Assembly: GCA_965204735.1 (NCBI GenBank)
Contig: OZ242008.1
Coordinates: 1,888,001 to 1,952,000, forward strand
Length of the DNA: 64,000 nt
Direction: 5' to 3'
From: Longimicrobiales bacterium
GTDB lineage: Bacteria; Gemmatimonadota; Gemmatimonadetes; Longimicrobiales; Gaopeijiaceae
A program made the translations under genes and the position numbers. Of this stretch, positions 10,700 through 19,697 are shown one piece after another; within the stretch, counting starts at the first letter, position 1, and every line of letters begins with the position of its first letter. The notes under the pieces are model-generated. The model was not told the origin of the DNA and searched no databases. It saw only the letters and a program-made list of their open reading frames with translations.

Positions 10700-11572
10700 A
10701 TGTCGCCTGAGCTGCGTTCGCGGGTGTTCGTCGCAGTGGTCGGCCTTCCGCTGGGGTGCGGCGCCGCCTTCGTGGGGGGCTGGTTCTTGGCGGGCCTGGT
10801 CGCGTTCTTGGCGGCAGTGGCGGCCCACGAGTTCTACTCGCTGGCGTCCGCCAAGAGCGGACAGCCCTTGGGCTGGTTCGGCATCCCGGCCGCCGCGGTG
10901 CTGGTCTTGGCCGCCCAGCACGATCTCGTGTTCTCGGAGTGGGGCGGCCTGGCGCTGGCGCTTCTGATGGTGCTGGGACTGCTGACTTCCGCGGCGGTCG
11001 TCTTCAACCGACGCATCGAAGACGAGCCGCTCCTGTCGGCGTCGGCGACGGTCTCGGGAGCGCTCTACACCGGGGGCACGCTCTCGTTCGCGATCCTCCT
11101 CCGGAACCTGCCGGAGGCCCGGGGGACGTTTCCCGCCGAACCCTGGGAGGGGGCGCTCCTCCTGATCTTTCCCCTGTGGGTGACTTGGGCGGGGGACACT
11201 GCGGCGTACTTCGCCGGGCGAAAGCTGGGCCGAGTGCGCCTTGCCCCCCGCATATCGCCGGGCAAGACGGTGGAAGGCGGGATCGCCGGACTGGCCGGAG
11301 CGGTGGCCGCGGGTCTCGTCGCCGGCTTCGTGCTGGACGGGTACCGGAACTTCCCGGTGACTCCGCTGGCCGGCGCGGCCGTCGGCCTCTTGCTGGGCGT
11401 CGCGGGCCAAGTCGGCGACTTGGCGATCTCGGTCCTCAAGCGGGAAGCGGGCGTCAAGGACTCGGGCGCGCTGCTGCGCGGGCACGGGGGCGCGCTGGAC
11501 CGCTTCGACGGACTCTTCTTCACGATCCCGCTGGCCTATGCGCTGATCCTCGTGATCCAGGTCCTGCCTTGA
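10700..11572 (+). CDS. cdsA: Phosphatidate cytidylyltransferase
   Basis: Hydrophobic; ISPGKTVEG; KREAGVKDSG..GHGGALDRFD. Confidence 0.95.
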   Translation: MSPELRSRVFVAVVGLPLGCGAAFVGGWFLAGLVAFLAAVAAHEFYSLASAKSGQPLGWFGIPAAAVLVLAAQHDLVFSEWGGLALALLMVLGLLTSAAVVFNRRIEDEPLLSASATVSGALYTGGTLSFAILLRNLPEARGTFPAEPWEGALLLIFPLWVTWAGDTAAYFAGRKLGRVRLAPRISPGKTVEGGIAGLAGAVAAGLVAGFVLDGYRNFPVTPLAGAAVGLLLGVAGQVGDLAISVLKREAGVKDSGALLRGHGGALDRFDGLFFTIPLAYALILVIQVLP

Positions 11573-12735
11573 CGCGACGGAGGGTGGCGGTCCTGGGGGC
11601 CACGGGTTCCGTGGGCATGACGACTCTGGACGTGGCCCGCCGGCACCCGGAGCGCTTCCAGGTGGCGGCCCTGGCCGCCGCGCGCTCGGTGGACAGGCTG
11701 GAAGCGCTCGCGGCGGAGTTCGGGGTCGCCCACGTGGCGGTGGCCGACCCGGCTGCGCTGGACGCCCGCGCCCCTGCGCGGGCCGGCTGGAGGTCGGGTC
11801 CACGCTCCGTCGAGGAGATCGCCCGCCTTGCCGAGGTGGAGATCGTGGTCAACGCGGTGGTGGGAGCCGCGGGGCTGCGGGCGACCCTGGCGTCCCTTGA
11901 AGCGGGGAAGCGCTGCGCGCTGGCCAACAAGGAATCCTTGGTGGCCGGCGGCGAGCTGGTGACGGCGGCGGCTCGCCGGGGCGGCGGGGAGCTGGTGCCC
12001 GTGGACAGCGAGCACTCGGCGATCCACCAGTGCTTGGCCGGCGCCGCGCCGAAGGACCTTCACCGGGTGATCCTGACCGCCAGCGGAGGACCGTTTCGCG
12101 ACGCCTCGCCGGCGCGCCTGGAGGCGGCCGGCCCCGAGACGGCGCTCCGCCACCCCACTTGGCAGATGGGCGCCAAGATATCCATCGACTCGGCGACGCT
12201 GGCCAACAAGGCGCTCGAAGTGATCGAGGCCCACTTCCTCTTCGGCGTGCCCTACGAGCGGATCGAGGTGGTGATCCACCCCACCTCCGTGGTCCACTCC
12301 TTCGTCGAGCTCGTCGACGGCTCCGTGCTGGCGCAGCTGGGCGAGCCCACGATGGAGCTGCCCGTGCTCCACGCCCTCGTCTGGCCAGACCGGGCCGCCG
12401 ATCCGGCGCTGCGCACCTTCGATCCACTGGCGTCGTCGCCCCTGGAGTTCGAGCCGGTGGACCGCCGGCGCTTCCCCCTCTTCGAGCTGGGCGTCTCGGC
12501 GGGCCGTGCTGGCGGTGCCGCGCCGGCGGTCTTCAACGCCGCCAACGAAGTCGCGGTCGAAGCGTTCCTCCGAAGACGGGTTACCTTTTCGGGCATGGCC
12601 CGGGTCGTGTCCGCCGCTCTGGAGGCGCTGGACGGGAGATCGGCCCACGACCTGGAATCGGTGCTCGATGCGGACGCGAGCGCTCGCCGCGTGGCAACGG
12701 CGGAAGTCGAGGCGACGGCCCGCCGGACCGGTTAG
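11569..12735 (+). CDS. dxr: 1-deoxy-D-xylulose-5-phosphate reductoisomerase
   Basis: LGATGSVG; LANKESLV; PVDSEHSAI; LTASGGPF; HPTWQMGAKISIDSAT. Confidence 0.97.
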   Translation: MTRRRVAVLGATGSVGMTTLDVARRHPERFQVAALAAARSVDRLEALAAEFGVAHVAVADPAALDARAPARAGWRSGPRSVEEIARLAEVEIVVNAVVGAAGLRATLASLEAGKRCALANKESLVAGGELVTAAARRGGGELVPVDSEHSAIHQCLAGAAPKDLHRVILTASGGPFRDASPARLEAAGPETALRHPTWQMGAKISIDSATLANKALEVIEAHFLFGVPYERIEVVIHPTSVVHSFVELVDGSVLAQLGEPTMELPVLHALVWPDRAADPALRTFDPLASSPLEFEPVDRRRFPLFELGVSAGRAGGAAPAVFNAANEVAVEAFLRRRVTFSGMARVVSAALEALDGRSAHDLESVLDADASARRVATAEVEATARRTG

Positions 12736-12765
12736 AGCTTCCCGCGAAGCAAAGGAGGAACGAAG

Positions 12766-14112
12766 ATGACGATGGTCGTGGCGACGATAATCCTGCTGGG
12801 CGTGTTGATTCTAGTGCACGAGCTGGGCCACTTCTGGGCCGCGAAGGCCGTGGGAGTGGGCGTCGAGCGGTTCTCCATCGGTCTGGGACCCCGCTTGTGG
12901 GGCTTTACCCGAAAGGGAACCGAATACGTGGTCGCAGTCGTTCCGCTGGGCGGCTACGTGAAGATGCAGGGGATGAACGACGAGATGATGGAGCGAATCG
13001 AGGGCGGCGAGGCGTCCGAAGCTCCCCGGGAGCCCCACCCGGGCGACTTCGACGAAAAGCCCCTTTGGGCTCGGGCGTTCGTCATCTCCGCGGGCGTGAT
13101 CATGAACATGCTGTTCGCGCTGGTGGTCTACACGGGCGTGTACGCGGTCTGGGGAAGCCAGGACTACGCCACGACCCGGGTCCAGGCAGTCGAGGCGGAC
13201 TCGCTGCCCGCCGGCGCCGAGGCGCTTGCCGGGATCGCCCCGGGAGCCACCGTGGTCCGGGTGGGGTCCGAGACGCCCGAGTCGTGGGGCGCCCTCCTCG
13301 ACGCCTTCGTCCACGCCCCGGAAGGCCCGCTTCAGGTCGTCACGGAGGAACCGTCGGCCGTCCTGCGGATCGACGGGCCTGCGAACGAAGCGGAACGCCG
13401 ACGTCTGGCGGCGTCGCTGGAGATGTGGCTTCCCCCCAAGGTGGGCGCGATCGAGCGCGGAGGACCGGCGGCGACGGCCGGCTTGGAGGTGGGCGATGTG
13501 ATCGCCAGCGTGGCCGGCGCCGAGGTGTCGAACTGGGGGGACCTGCAGCGGGAGCTGTGGGCGCGCCCCGGGGAGCGAGTGGAGCTGGGGGTGCGGCGGG
13601 GGGACGCGGGGCTGACCCGGGTCGCGGTGCTGGACGACGCGGAGGGCCCGGACGGCGAGCGGGTGGGTCTCCTCCGGGTCAGCTCGATGGTCGAGACCGT
13701 GGATATCCCGGTCGGGCCCGGCGAGGCCGTCGCCGCCGGAGTGGCCGAGACGGTGGGAACGACCGGCCTCATCCTCGGGTTTCTGGGCCGCCTCTTCACC
13801 ATGGACGTGTCCCCGCGCGAGGTCGGCTCCATTGGCACCATCGCCGTCGTGTCGGGAAGGGCGGCGGAGGCCGGCATCTCCACCTACCTCCAGTTCATGG
13901 CCCTCTTCAGCATCAACTTGGCCGTCCTCAACATGTTGCCGATTCCGGTGCTGGACGGCGGCCACATGGTGTTCCTGGGCATCGAGCTGGTCCGAGGCCG
14001 GAAGCTGACCGTGAAGCAGCGCCTTCGCTGGAGCCAGGTCGGCCTCGTGGTGGTGCTGGGAATCATGGCGTGGGCCATCGGAAACGACGTGCTGCGCTTC
14101 TTCGGGCTGTAG
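12766..14112 (+). CDS. rseP: RIP metalloprotease RseP (M50, PDZ)
   Basis: HELGH zinc motif; PLGGYVKM; NMLPIPVLDGG. Confidence 0.95.
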   Translation: MTMVVATIILLGVLILVHELGHFWAAKAVGVGVERFSIGLGPRLWGFTRKGTEYVVAVVPLGGYVKMQGMNDEMMERIEGGEASEAPREPHPGDFDEKPLWARAFVISAGVIMNMLFALVVYTGVYAVWGSQDYATTRVQAVEADSLPAGAEALAGIAPGATVVRVGSETPESWGALLDAFVHAPEGPLQVVTEEPSAVLRIDGPANEAERRRLAASLEMWLPPKVGAIERGGPAATAGLEVGDVIASVAGAEVSNWGDLQRELWARPGERVELGVRRGDAGLTRVAVLDDAEGPDGERVGLLRVSSMVETVDIPVGPGEAVAAGVAETVGTTGLILGFLGRLFTMDVSPREVGSIGTIAVVSGRAAEAGISTYLQFMALFSINLAVLNMLPIPVLDGGHMVFLGIELVRGRKLTVKQRLRWSQVGLVVVLGIMAWAIGNDVLRFFGL

Positions 14113-14161
14113 AGCCCTCCGCCCCAGGCCGGCGGACGGCGGCGGGTGCGGCGCCGGCGCG

Positions 14162-14983
14162 TCAGAAGAGCGAGAACTGGACGGGAGCGGCTGCGCGCCG
14201 AAGCGCGGCCAAGTCGAGCCAAGCGGTGGGCTCGTGCGCCGGCGCCACCTCCACCAGCCCTCGGTAGCCCTTGGACCGAAGGACGGCGTCGACGGCGGTT
14301 CGGGCCAGCGCGGGGGTGTTGGACTCCTCGGAGAGGTGAGCGAGCACCACCGCCGACAGCCTGGGGCCGAAGACCTCGCCGACGAAGGCGGCCGCCGCTT
14401 GATTGGACATGTGGCCGTGGCTCGAAGCGATCCTGGCCTTGACGGCGGCCGGATACCCGGCGGACCACAGAAGCACCTCGTCGTGGTTGGCCTCGACGAT
14501 CAGCCCGTCGCATCCGCGCAGCGCGTGCTTGACTTGCGCCGTGGGCCGGCCAAGGTCGGTGGCGACGCCCAGGCGAAGGCCGCTCGTCTGTTCGACCAGG
14601 GCGAGCGCCACCGGCTCGACGGCGTCGTGGACCGTGACGAACGGTTCGATCAGCACGTCGCCCACCGTGAAGGGGTGGCCGGGGCGATAGGTGGCCACGT
14701 CTTCGGTTCCCCGGAGGAGCTTCGCGCACGCGCGTCGGGTCGCGGCGGTCATCAGCAGCCGGGTGCCGTGCGCCCGGGCGAACACGCCTGCGCCCCGCAC
14801 ATGGTCCCCGTGCTCGTGGGTCACCAGAATGGCGGCCAAGTCGCCGGGGGAGGCGCCGAGCACGGCCAAGCGCTTGCCCAGCTCCCGGCCGCTGAACCCG
14901 GCGTCCACGAGGATGCGCGTCGACCCGGCGGCCACCAGGGTCGAGTTGCCGCCGCTCCCGCTTCCCAGCACCGAGAAGCGCAC
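14162..14983 (-). CDS. MBL-fold metallo-hydrolase (YycJ/WalJ-like)
   Basis: LGSGSGGN; THEHGDH; EANHD; HGHMSN; LAHLSEESN. Confidence 0.88.
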   Translation of the reverse strand: MRFSVLGSGSGGNSTLVAAGSTRILVDAGFSGRELGKRLAVLGASPGDLAAILVTHEHGDHVRGAGVFARAHGTRLLMTAATRRACAKLLRGTEDVATYRPGHPFTVGDVLIEPFVTVHDAVEPVALALVEQTSGLRLGVATDLGRPTAQVKHALRGCDGLIVEANHDEVLLWSAGYPAAVKARIASSHGHMSNQAAAAFVGEVFGPRLSAVVLAHLSEESNTPALARTAVDAVLRSKGYRGLVEVAPAHEPTAWLDLAALRRAAAPVQFSLF

Positions 14984-14988
14984 CTGGG

Positions 14989-16320
14989 TCAGCCTGGGCG
15001 CGAACGGCCGGCGGGGCGCCCCGCCGCGGACGTCCTCCCGCGCAGGAAGGCGGTCTCGGCGAAGGCGCGACGGTAGAGACCGCGCATCCCGTCGGAGAGC
15101 TCCACGCCCCGCCGCGCCATCGCCCGCTCCGCCGTGGCCAGGAACCGCTCGACGTCGTGCTCCGCGGCGCCGCTCCCCGCGCCCCAGGAGAAGGGAGGCA
15201 CGTACTTGGGGGCCAAGCCGCCCCCGAAGAGGCAGGAGCCGGCCTCCACGACCGAGCCGGTGTTCAGCAGCGTGCCGATCGCGGTCCGCACATGGTCGCC
15301 GAGGAGGCATCCGGCCTTGAGAAGTCCGGTGTCGACGACCCGGTCCCGGACGCGGGCGCGAACGAGGCCGTAGCTGTTCTTCAGGTCCGAGTTCGTGGTC
15401 ATCGCGCCCAGGTTCGCCCAGCGCCCGACGATCGAGCGGCCCAGAAACCCGTCGTGGGCCTTGTTCGCGAAGCCCAGGACCACCGTGGACTCGACCTCGC
15501 CGCGGACCTTGCAGCACGGCCCCAGGCTGGATGCGGACACGGAGCCGCCGAGGACGGTCGTGCCAGCTCCGGCGTAGAACGGCCCCGCGACCCGCGAGTG
15601 GGCGCGCACATGGACGTCCGCTTCCAGGACGATCGGGCCGGCAGTGGCGTCCAGCACGACGCCGGGTTCCACGACCGCCCCTTCGCCGAGGGCGATTCGG
15701 CCGCTGCCGAGACGATGGACCGACGCGGGCGGGTCGGTCTCGGCGAACCGTGCCGCGTCCGCGCGGATCCTGTCCTCGTTGGCGTCCATCAGCTCCCAGG
15801 GCGAGCGCAGCAGCCGTCCTGCCACGGGCACGGTCGGCCAGTCGGGGTAGAGGCCGGCGGTCAGCCGCCGGGGGAATGGCGTCCCGGGAGGCAGCCACGC
15901 GCCCGCCGTCGCGGCGCCGATGGGAGAACCGCCCGCCGCCGCGGCGGGGAACGGCCCGTCCGGGGCTTCCTCTTCGCCGCCTCGGCGGTGGGCGGCCAGC
16001 AGGAGCGGGCGGTCGCCCAGCCGGCGCAGGAGTTCGTCGCGAAAGCCGCCGCCGGCGTCGGGAACGAAACGGCTGGAAAGCACGAGACGCCCGCCGTCCG
16101 CGCCCACCTCGGCGCCCGTCGCCCAGGGCGGGACCCCCTCTTCCCGGAAGCCCGCCATTCTCGAGTCCGCCACATGACCCTCGCACGCTCGGCCGAGCGC
16201 CCGCTCGGCTCGGGCCCGCAGGGTCTCCGTGCCGAAGAGGAGCTCGCCCACCGGGCGCGTGAGGGCGAAGGGAAGCCAGCATCGTGCTTCCTGGTCGTCA
16301 AGAACAAGTAGGTGAAACAT
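14989..16320 (-). CDS. GlmU-like putative sugar nucleotidyltransferase with hexapeptide-repeat domain
   Basis: PFALTRPVGELLFG; NKAHDGFLG..WANLGA.TTNSDLKN. Confidence 0.8.
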   Translation of the reverse strand: MFHLLVLDDQEARCWLPFALTRPVGELLFGTETLRARAERALGRACEGHVADSRMAGFREEGVPPWATGAEVGADGGRLVLSSRFVPDAGGGFRDELLRRLGDRPLLLAAHRRGGEEEAPDGPFPAAAAGGSPIGAATAGAWLPPGTPFPRRLTAGLYPDWPTVPVAGRLLRSPWELMDANEDRIRADAARFAETDPPASVHRLGSGRIALGEGAVVEPGVVLDATAGPIVLEADVHVRAHSRVAGPFYAGAGTTVLGGSVSASSLGPCCKVRGEVESTVVLGFANKAHDGFLGRSIVGRWANLGAMTTNSDLKNSYGLVRARVRDRVVDTGLLKAGCLLGDHVRTAIGTLLNTGSVVEAGSCLFGGGLAPKYVPPFSWGAGSGAAEHDVERFLATAERAMARRGVELSDGMRGLYRRAFAETAFLRGRTSAAGRPAGRSRPG

Positions 16321-16322
16321 CG

Positions 16323-17384
16323 TCAACTACAATCTAAATCATCATTTAGATCGACTTGATTCAAGTATCGCTTTATATTGGCGGATTCGCTCCTGGGGAT
16401 GACCAGGGTCACCTCGCCGGCCCGCGCCACCAGGAGGTCGCTCACTCCCGCCACCACCACGCGGCCCGACTCGGCGAAGACGATGTTTCGCCGGGCCTCG
16501 GCGGTCTGCACGTCGCCGTGGCAGACGTTGCCCGATGCATCGGCCTGCCTGATCCTCGCCAGGGCCTCCCAGCTGCCCACGTCCTCCCACTCGAACGTGG
16601 CGTCGATCGAGCCCACCCGACGGCTCCGTTCCAGCACCGCCACGTCCACGGCCGCCGTCCCGGCGTCCCGGAAGTAGGAGGCCGCGTCGCCCCGCTCCAG
16701 ATGGGGCAGGGCGCGGGCGATCTTGGGCGCTTGGGCCTCCACCTCGGCGAGGAAGGTCTTCACCGGCCAGACGAAGATCCCCGTGTTCCATCGGTACCCC
16801 TTCTCGACGTACCGGGCGGCGGCTTCGGCGCCGGGCTTCTCCACGAAGGAGCGCACGCGGTACGCCCGGTGTCCCTCGGGCGCGGGCAGGAGCTCGCCGG
16901 GCTCGAGGTAGCCGTAGCCGGTCTCGGGCCGATCGGGAGGCGCCGCAACGGTCACCAGCAAGCGTTCCTTCCTCGCCAGCTCCACGCCCGCCGCCAGGAC
17001 TTCCCGAAACGCCGCGTCCGGTCGAACGGCCGCGTCGGCGTGAAGGGAGACGTGCACGGCTTCGGGGTCGGCTCGGGCGATCTCCCAGGCCGCGCGCACC
17101 AGCGCCGAGGCGGTGCCCCCGCCCGGAGGAGGCTCCGTCAGAAAGGAAGCTCGGTCGAGCCCGGCGGCCGCTTGCAGCGGCTCGACCAGCTTCTCTTGGG
17201 TGAGAACCTTGACCCGCTCCGGCGGCACGAACCCCCGCAACCGATTCAGGGTGTCCACCAGAAGCGGGTTGGGGCTGGCCAAGGGCAGGAGCTGCTTGGG
17301 CCGCTCGGGCGTGCTCAGGGGCCAGAACCGGGATCCCGCGCCGCCGGCGAGTATCGTCACCCAAGCGTCGAGCCGGGATGTCAC
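16323..17384 (-). CDS. manC: Mannose-1-phosphate guanylyltransferase
   Basis: ILAGGAGSRFWPLS..PKQ; PETGYGY; FVEKP; WNTGIF; WEDVGSW. Confidence 0.9.
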   Translation of the reverse strand: MTSRLDAWVTILAGGAGSRFWPLSTPERPKQLLPLASPNPLLVDTLNRLRGFVPPERVKVLTQEKLVEPLQAAAGLDRASFLTEPPPGGGTASALVRAAWEIARADPEAVHVSLHADAAVRPDAAFREVLAAGVELARKERLLVTVAAPPDRPETGYGYLEPGELLPAPEGHRAYRVRSFVEKPGAEAAARYVEKGYRWNTGIFVWPVKTFLAEVEAQAPKIARALPHLERGDAASYFRDAGTAAVDVAVLERSRRVGSIDATFEWEDVGSWEALARIRQADASGNVCHGDVQTAEARRNIVFAESGRVVVAGVSDLLVARAGEVTLVIPRSESANIKRYLNQVDLNDDLDCS

Positions 17385-17570
17385 GAAGCACCTCCGCGTG
17401 GTCGAGGCGGCCGCCGACAGCGACCGGGCGCCGAAGCCGCCGGCGTCGCCGGAAGCCGCGCGTCTCCGGGCCGGCGAGCCCGGCCTCCGAGACTACTCTT
17501 GGGCGCCTGGACATTCAAGTTCGGCTTCCCCAGCAACTCGAGCCGGCTTCGCCAGTGTCGGACCGAGGCG

Positions 17571-17782
17571 CGGCGAACCCGTGCAGGCGGCCGGGACCCT
17601 GTGGACGGTCTCGAAGCGCTCGACGCCGGGCCGGCGGAGCCCGCGTGCGCAGTTGGGACCTTGTACGGCTCCGGGTCGCGGACTTCTTGTTGGCGGCGAA
17701 CCGCGCGCAGGCGGCCGGGACGCCTGGAACAGACCCGGATACGGGAACATCAACCGGCGAACCGCGCGCACGCGGCCGAGAC
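17571..17782. repeat. Four degenerate ~28-bp repeats at 61-62-bp period (orphan CRISPR-like mini-array or old minisatellite)
   Basis: Repeats start at 17571, 17632, 17694 and 17755; consensus CGGCGAACCGCGCGCAGGCGGCCGGGAC; intervening 33-34-bp segments differ. Confidence 0.6.
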
Positions 17783-17807
17783 GCCGATTCGGAGATCGTC
17801 GGCAGTG

Positions 17808-17836
17808 TTGACCGGCATGGCGCCGGCGGCTAGCAT
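17808..17836 (+). promoter_or_regulatory. Sigma-70 promoter for a (near-)leaderless lipoprotein-serS transcript
   Basis: TTGACC, 17-bp spacer, TAGCAT, 7 nt before ATG 17844. Confidence 0.6.
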
Positions 17837-17843
17837 CGAGGAC

Positions 17844-18401
17844 ATGAGGTTACGCAGCTTCCTTGTCGCGGCCGTGGCGGGGGCCGTCCTGCCGGCCGCT
17901 TGCAGCGACGACCCCTTCGCCGTGCGCTGGGAGGCGAACCCCGACACGGTTCGTCTCTTCGCCCTCTCCCACCCGACGCCCAACCTGCACTCGGCCTTCG
18001 ACTTCTTCCCGCGGACTCCGGTCCGGGTCGAGGCTCCGACGACGGGGCGCTCGTGGGACTTGGCCGTGGACGTCCGGGACGGCGCGTTCGTGTGGTTGCC
18101 GCCGGGCGCCTTGGGGATCGTCTCCCAGTCGGGGGTGGCCACGCTGGACGGCGAGACATTTCTCTCCGCCGAGCAGGCGCCGGCCGACAGGTCGGAGTAC
18201 GTCTCCGACGCGCCTGTGCCCATCGCTGCGGGACAGGTGTACGCCGTCCGCACCCGGCGCCATCCGGGCCTCTTCGGCACCCAGTGCAACTACTACGGAA
18301 AGATCGAGCCGCTGGTGGTCGACGTGGCCGCGAGGACGATCGTCTTCCAGTTCGACGTGAGCGGCGCCTGCAACAACCGCAGCTTGGTTCCACCGGACTG
18401 A
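17844..18401 (+). CDS. Putative lipoprotein of unknown function
   Basis: Signal peptide with lipobox-like LPAAC; GC3-biased codons; directly upstream of serS. Confidence 0.75.
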   Translation: MRLRSFLVAAVAGAVLPAACSDDPFAVRWEANPDTVRLFALSHPTPNLHSAFDFFPRTPVRVEAPTTGRSWDLAVDVRDGAFVWLPPGALGIVSQSGVATLDGETFLSAEQAPADRSEYVSDAPVPIAAGQVYAVRTRRHPGLFGTQCNYYGKIEPLVVDVAARTIVFQFDVSGACNNRSLVPPD

Positions 18402-18407
18402 TCCTCG

Positions 18408-19691
18408 GTGCTGGACATCGGGCGCGTGCGCCGCGACGCCGCCGGCGTGTCCGAGGCGCTGACGCGAAGAAAGCTGTCCGAGGCGCCCGAACGGATCGAA
18501 GCGCTGCGGGCAAGGGACTCGGCGCGGCGCGAGGCCCTTTCCCGGGCCAACGTCCTGAGGGCCGAGCGAAACCGGGTCTCCAAGGAGATCGGCGCGGCCA
18601 AGCGACGGGGCGAGGACGCCGAGGCCGAGATCGCCCGCATGAAGGAGGTCGGGGACCGCATCCAGGCGCTGGACGCGGTCGTGGCCGCTGCGGACGAATG
18701 GGTCGCCGCGGAGCTGGCGGGCATCCCCAACCTCCCGGACCCCCGGGTGCCCGAAGGGGACGATTCGGCCAACCGCGTCGTCCGGGAGTGGGGGACGCCA
18801 AGGCCGGCGCCGGGCCCCGGCCGGCCTCATTGGGAGATCGGCGAGTCGCTGGGGATACTGGACCTGAAGCGGGGCGCCAAGATGTCGGGCTCCGGCTTTC
18901 CCGTCCTGCGGGGCAAGGGCGCGGCGCTGCAGCGGGGGCTGGTGGACTGGATGATCCGCCTTCACGCGGAAGAGCACCGATACACGGAAGTGCGCGTCCC
19001 CTACTTGGTGACCGAGGACGCGATGACGGGCACGGGCCAGCTTCCCAAGTTCGCCGACGAGTCCTACGCGACCCGTCGGGACGGGCTTTGGCTCATCCCC
19101 ACGGCCGAGGTCCCCGTCACCAACCTGCACCGGAACGAGATCCTGGCGGGGCGATCGCTGCCCCGAAAGTACGTGGCCTACTCGCCCTGCTTCCGACGGG
19201 AAGCCGGGGCGGCCGGCAAGGACACGAGAGGACTGCTGCGGGTTCACCAGTTCGACAAGGTCGAGCTGGTCCGCTTCGAGTCGCCCGAGGAAAGCGGCGC
19301 CGCGCTGGACGAGCTGGTGGGGGAAGCGGCCCGAACCCTGGAGCTGCTGGGCTTGCCGCACCGGGTCGTCCTCCTGGCCAGCGGCGACCTGGGCTTTTCC
19401 GCCTCCATGACCTACGACCTGGAAGTGTGGGCGCCGGGCGTGGAGAGATGGCTGGAGGTGTCCAGCTGCTCCACCTTCACCGACTTCCAGGCCCGGCGAG
19501 CGAAGATCCGCTTCCGCCCGTCCCCGGGCGCCGGCGCCGAGTTCCTGCACACCCTCAACGGATCGGCGCTGGCGCTGCCCCGAGTGGTGGCCGCCCTTCT
19601 GGAGACGGGCCAGCAGGACGACGGCTCGGTGCGGCTCCCGGAGGTCCTGGAATCCGTCCTGGGCTTCATCGAGATCGACGCCGAGGAGTAG
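18408..19691 (+). CDS. serS: Serine--tRNA ligase
   Basis: LIPTAEVP; CFRREAGAAGKDTRGLLRVHQFDKVE; EVSSCS; HTLNGSALA. Confidence 0.98.
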   Translation: MLDIGRVRRDAAGVSEALTRRKLSEAPERIEALRARDSARREALSRANVLRAERNRVSKEIGAAKRRGEDAEAEIARMKEVGDRIQALDAVVAAADEWVAAELAGIPNLPDPRVPEGDDSANRVVREWGTPRPAPGPGRPHWEIGESLGILDLKRGAKMSGSGFPVLRGKGAALQRGLVDWMIRLHAEEHRYTEVRVPYLVTEDAMTGTGQLPKFADESYATRRDGLWLIPTAEVPVTNLHRNEILAGRSLPRKYVAYSPCFRREAGAAGKDTRGLLRVHQFDKVELVRFESPEESGAALDELVGEAARTLELLGLPHRVVLLASGDLGFSASMTYDLEVWAPGVERWLEVSSCSTFTDFQARRAKIRFRPSPGAGAEFLHTLNGSALALPRVVAALLETGQQDDGSVRLPEVLESVLGFIEIDAEE

Positions 19692-19697
19692 CGGGGC

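Noticed and set aside
16325..16380. dif (XerCD) site
   Set aside because: Does not match the XerD arm consensus TTATGTTAAAT or the 11-6-11 layout
17822..17833. 12-bp reverse-complement match to the IS target duplication (CTAGCCGCCGGC)
   Set aside because: Short and GC-rich; plausible by chance in 64 kb
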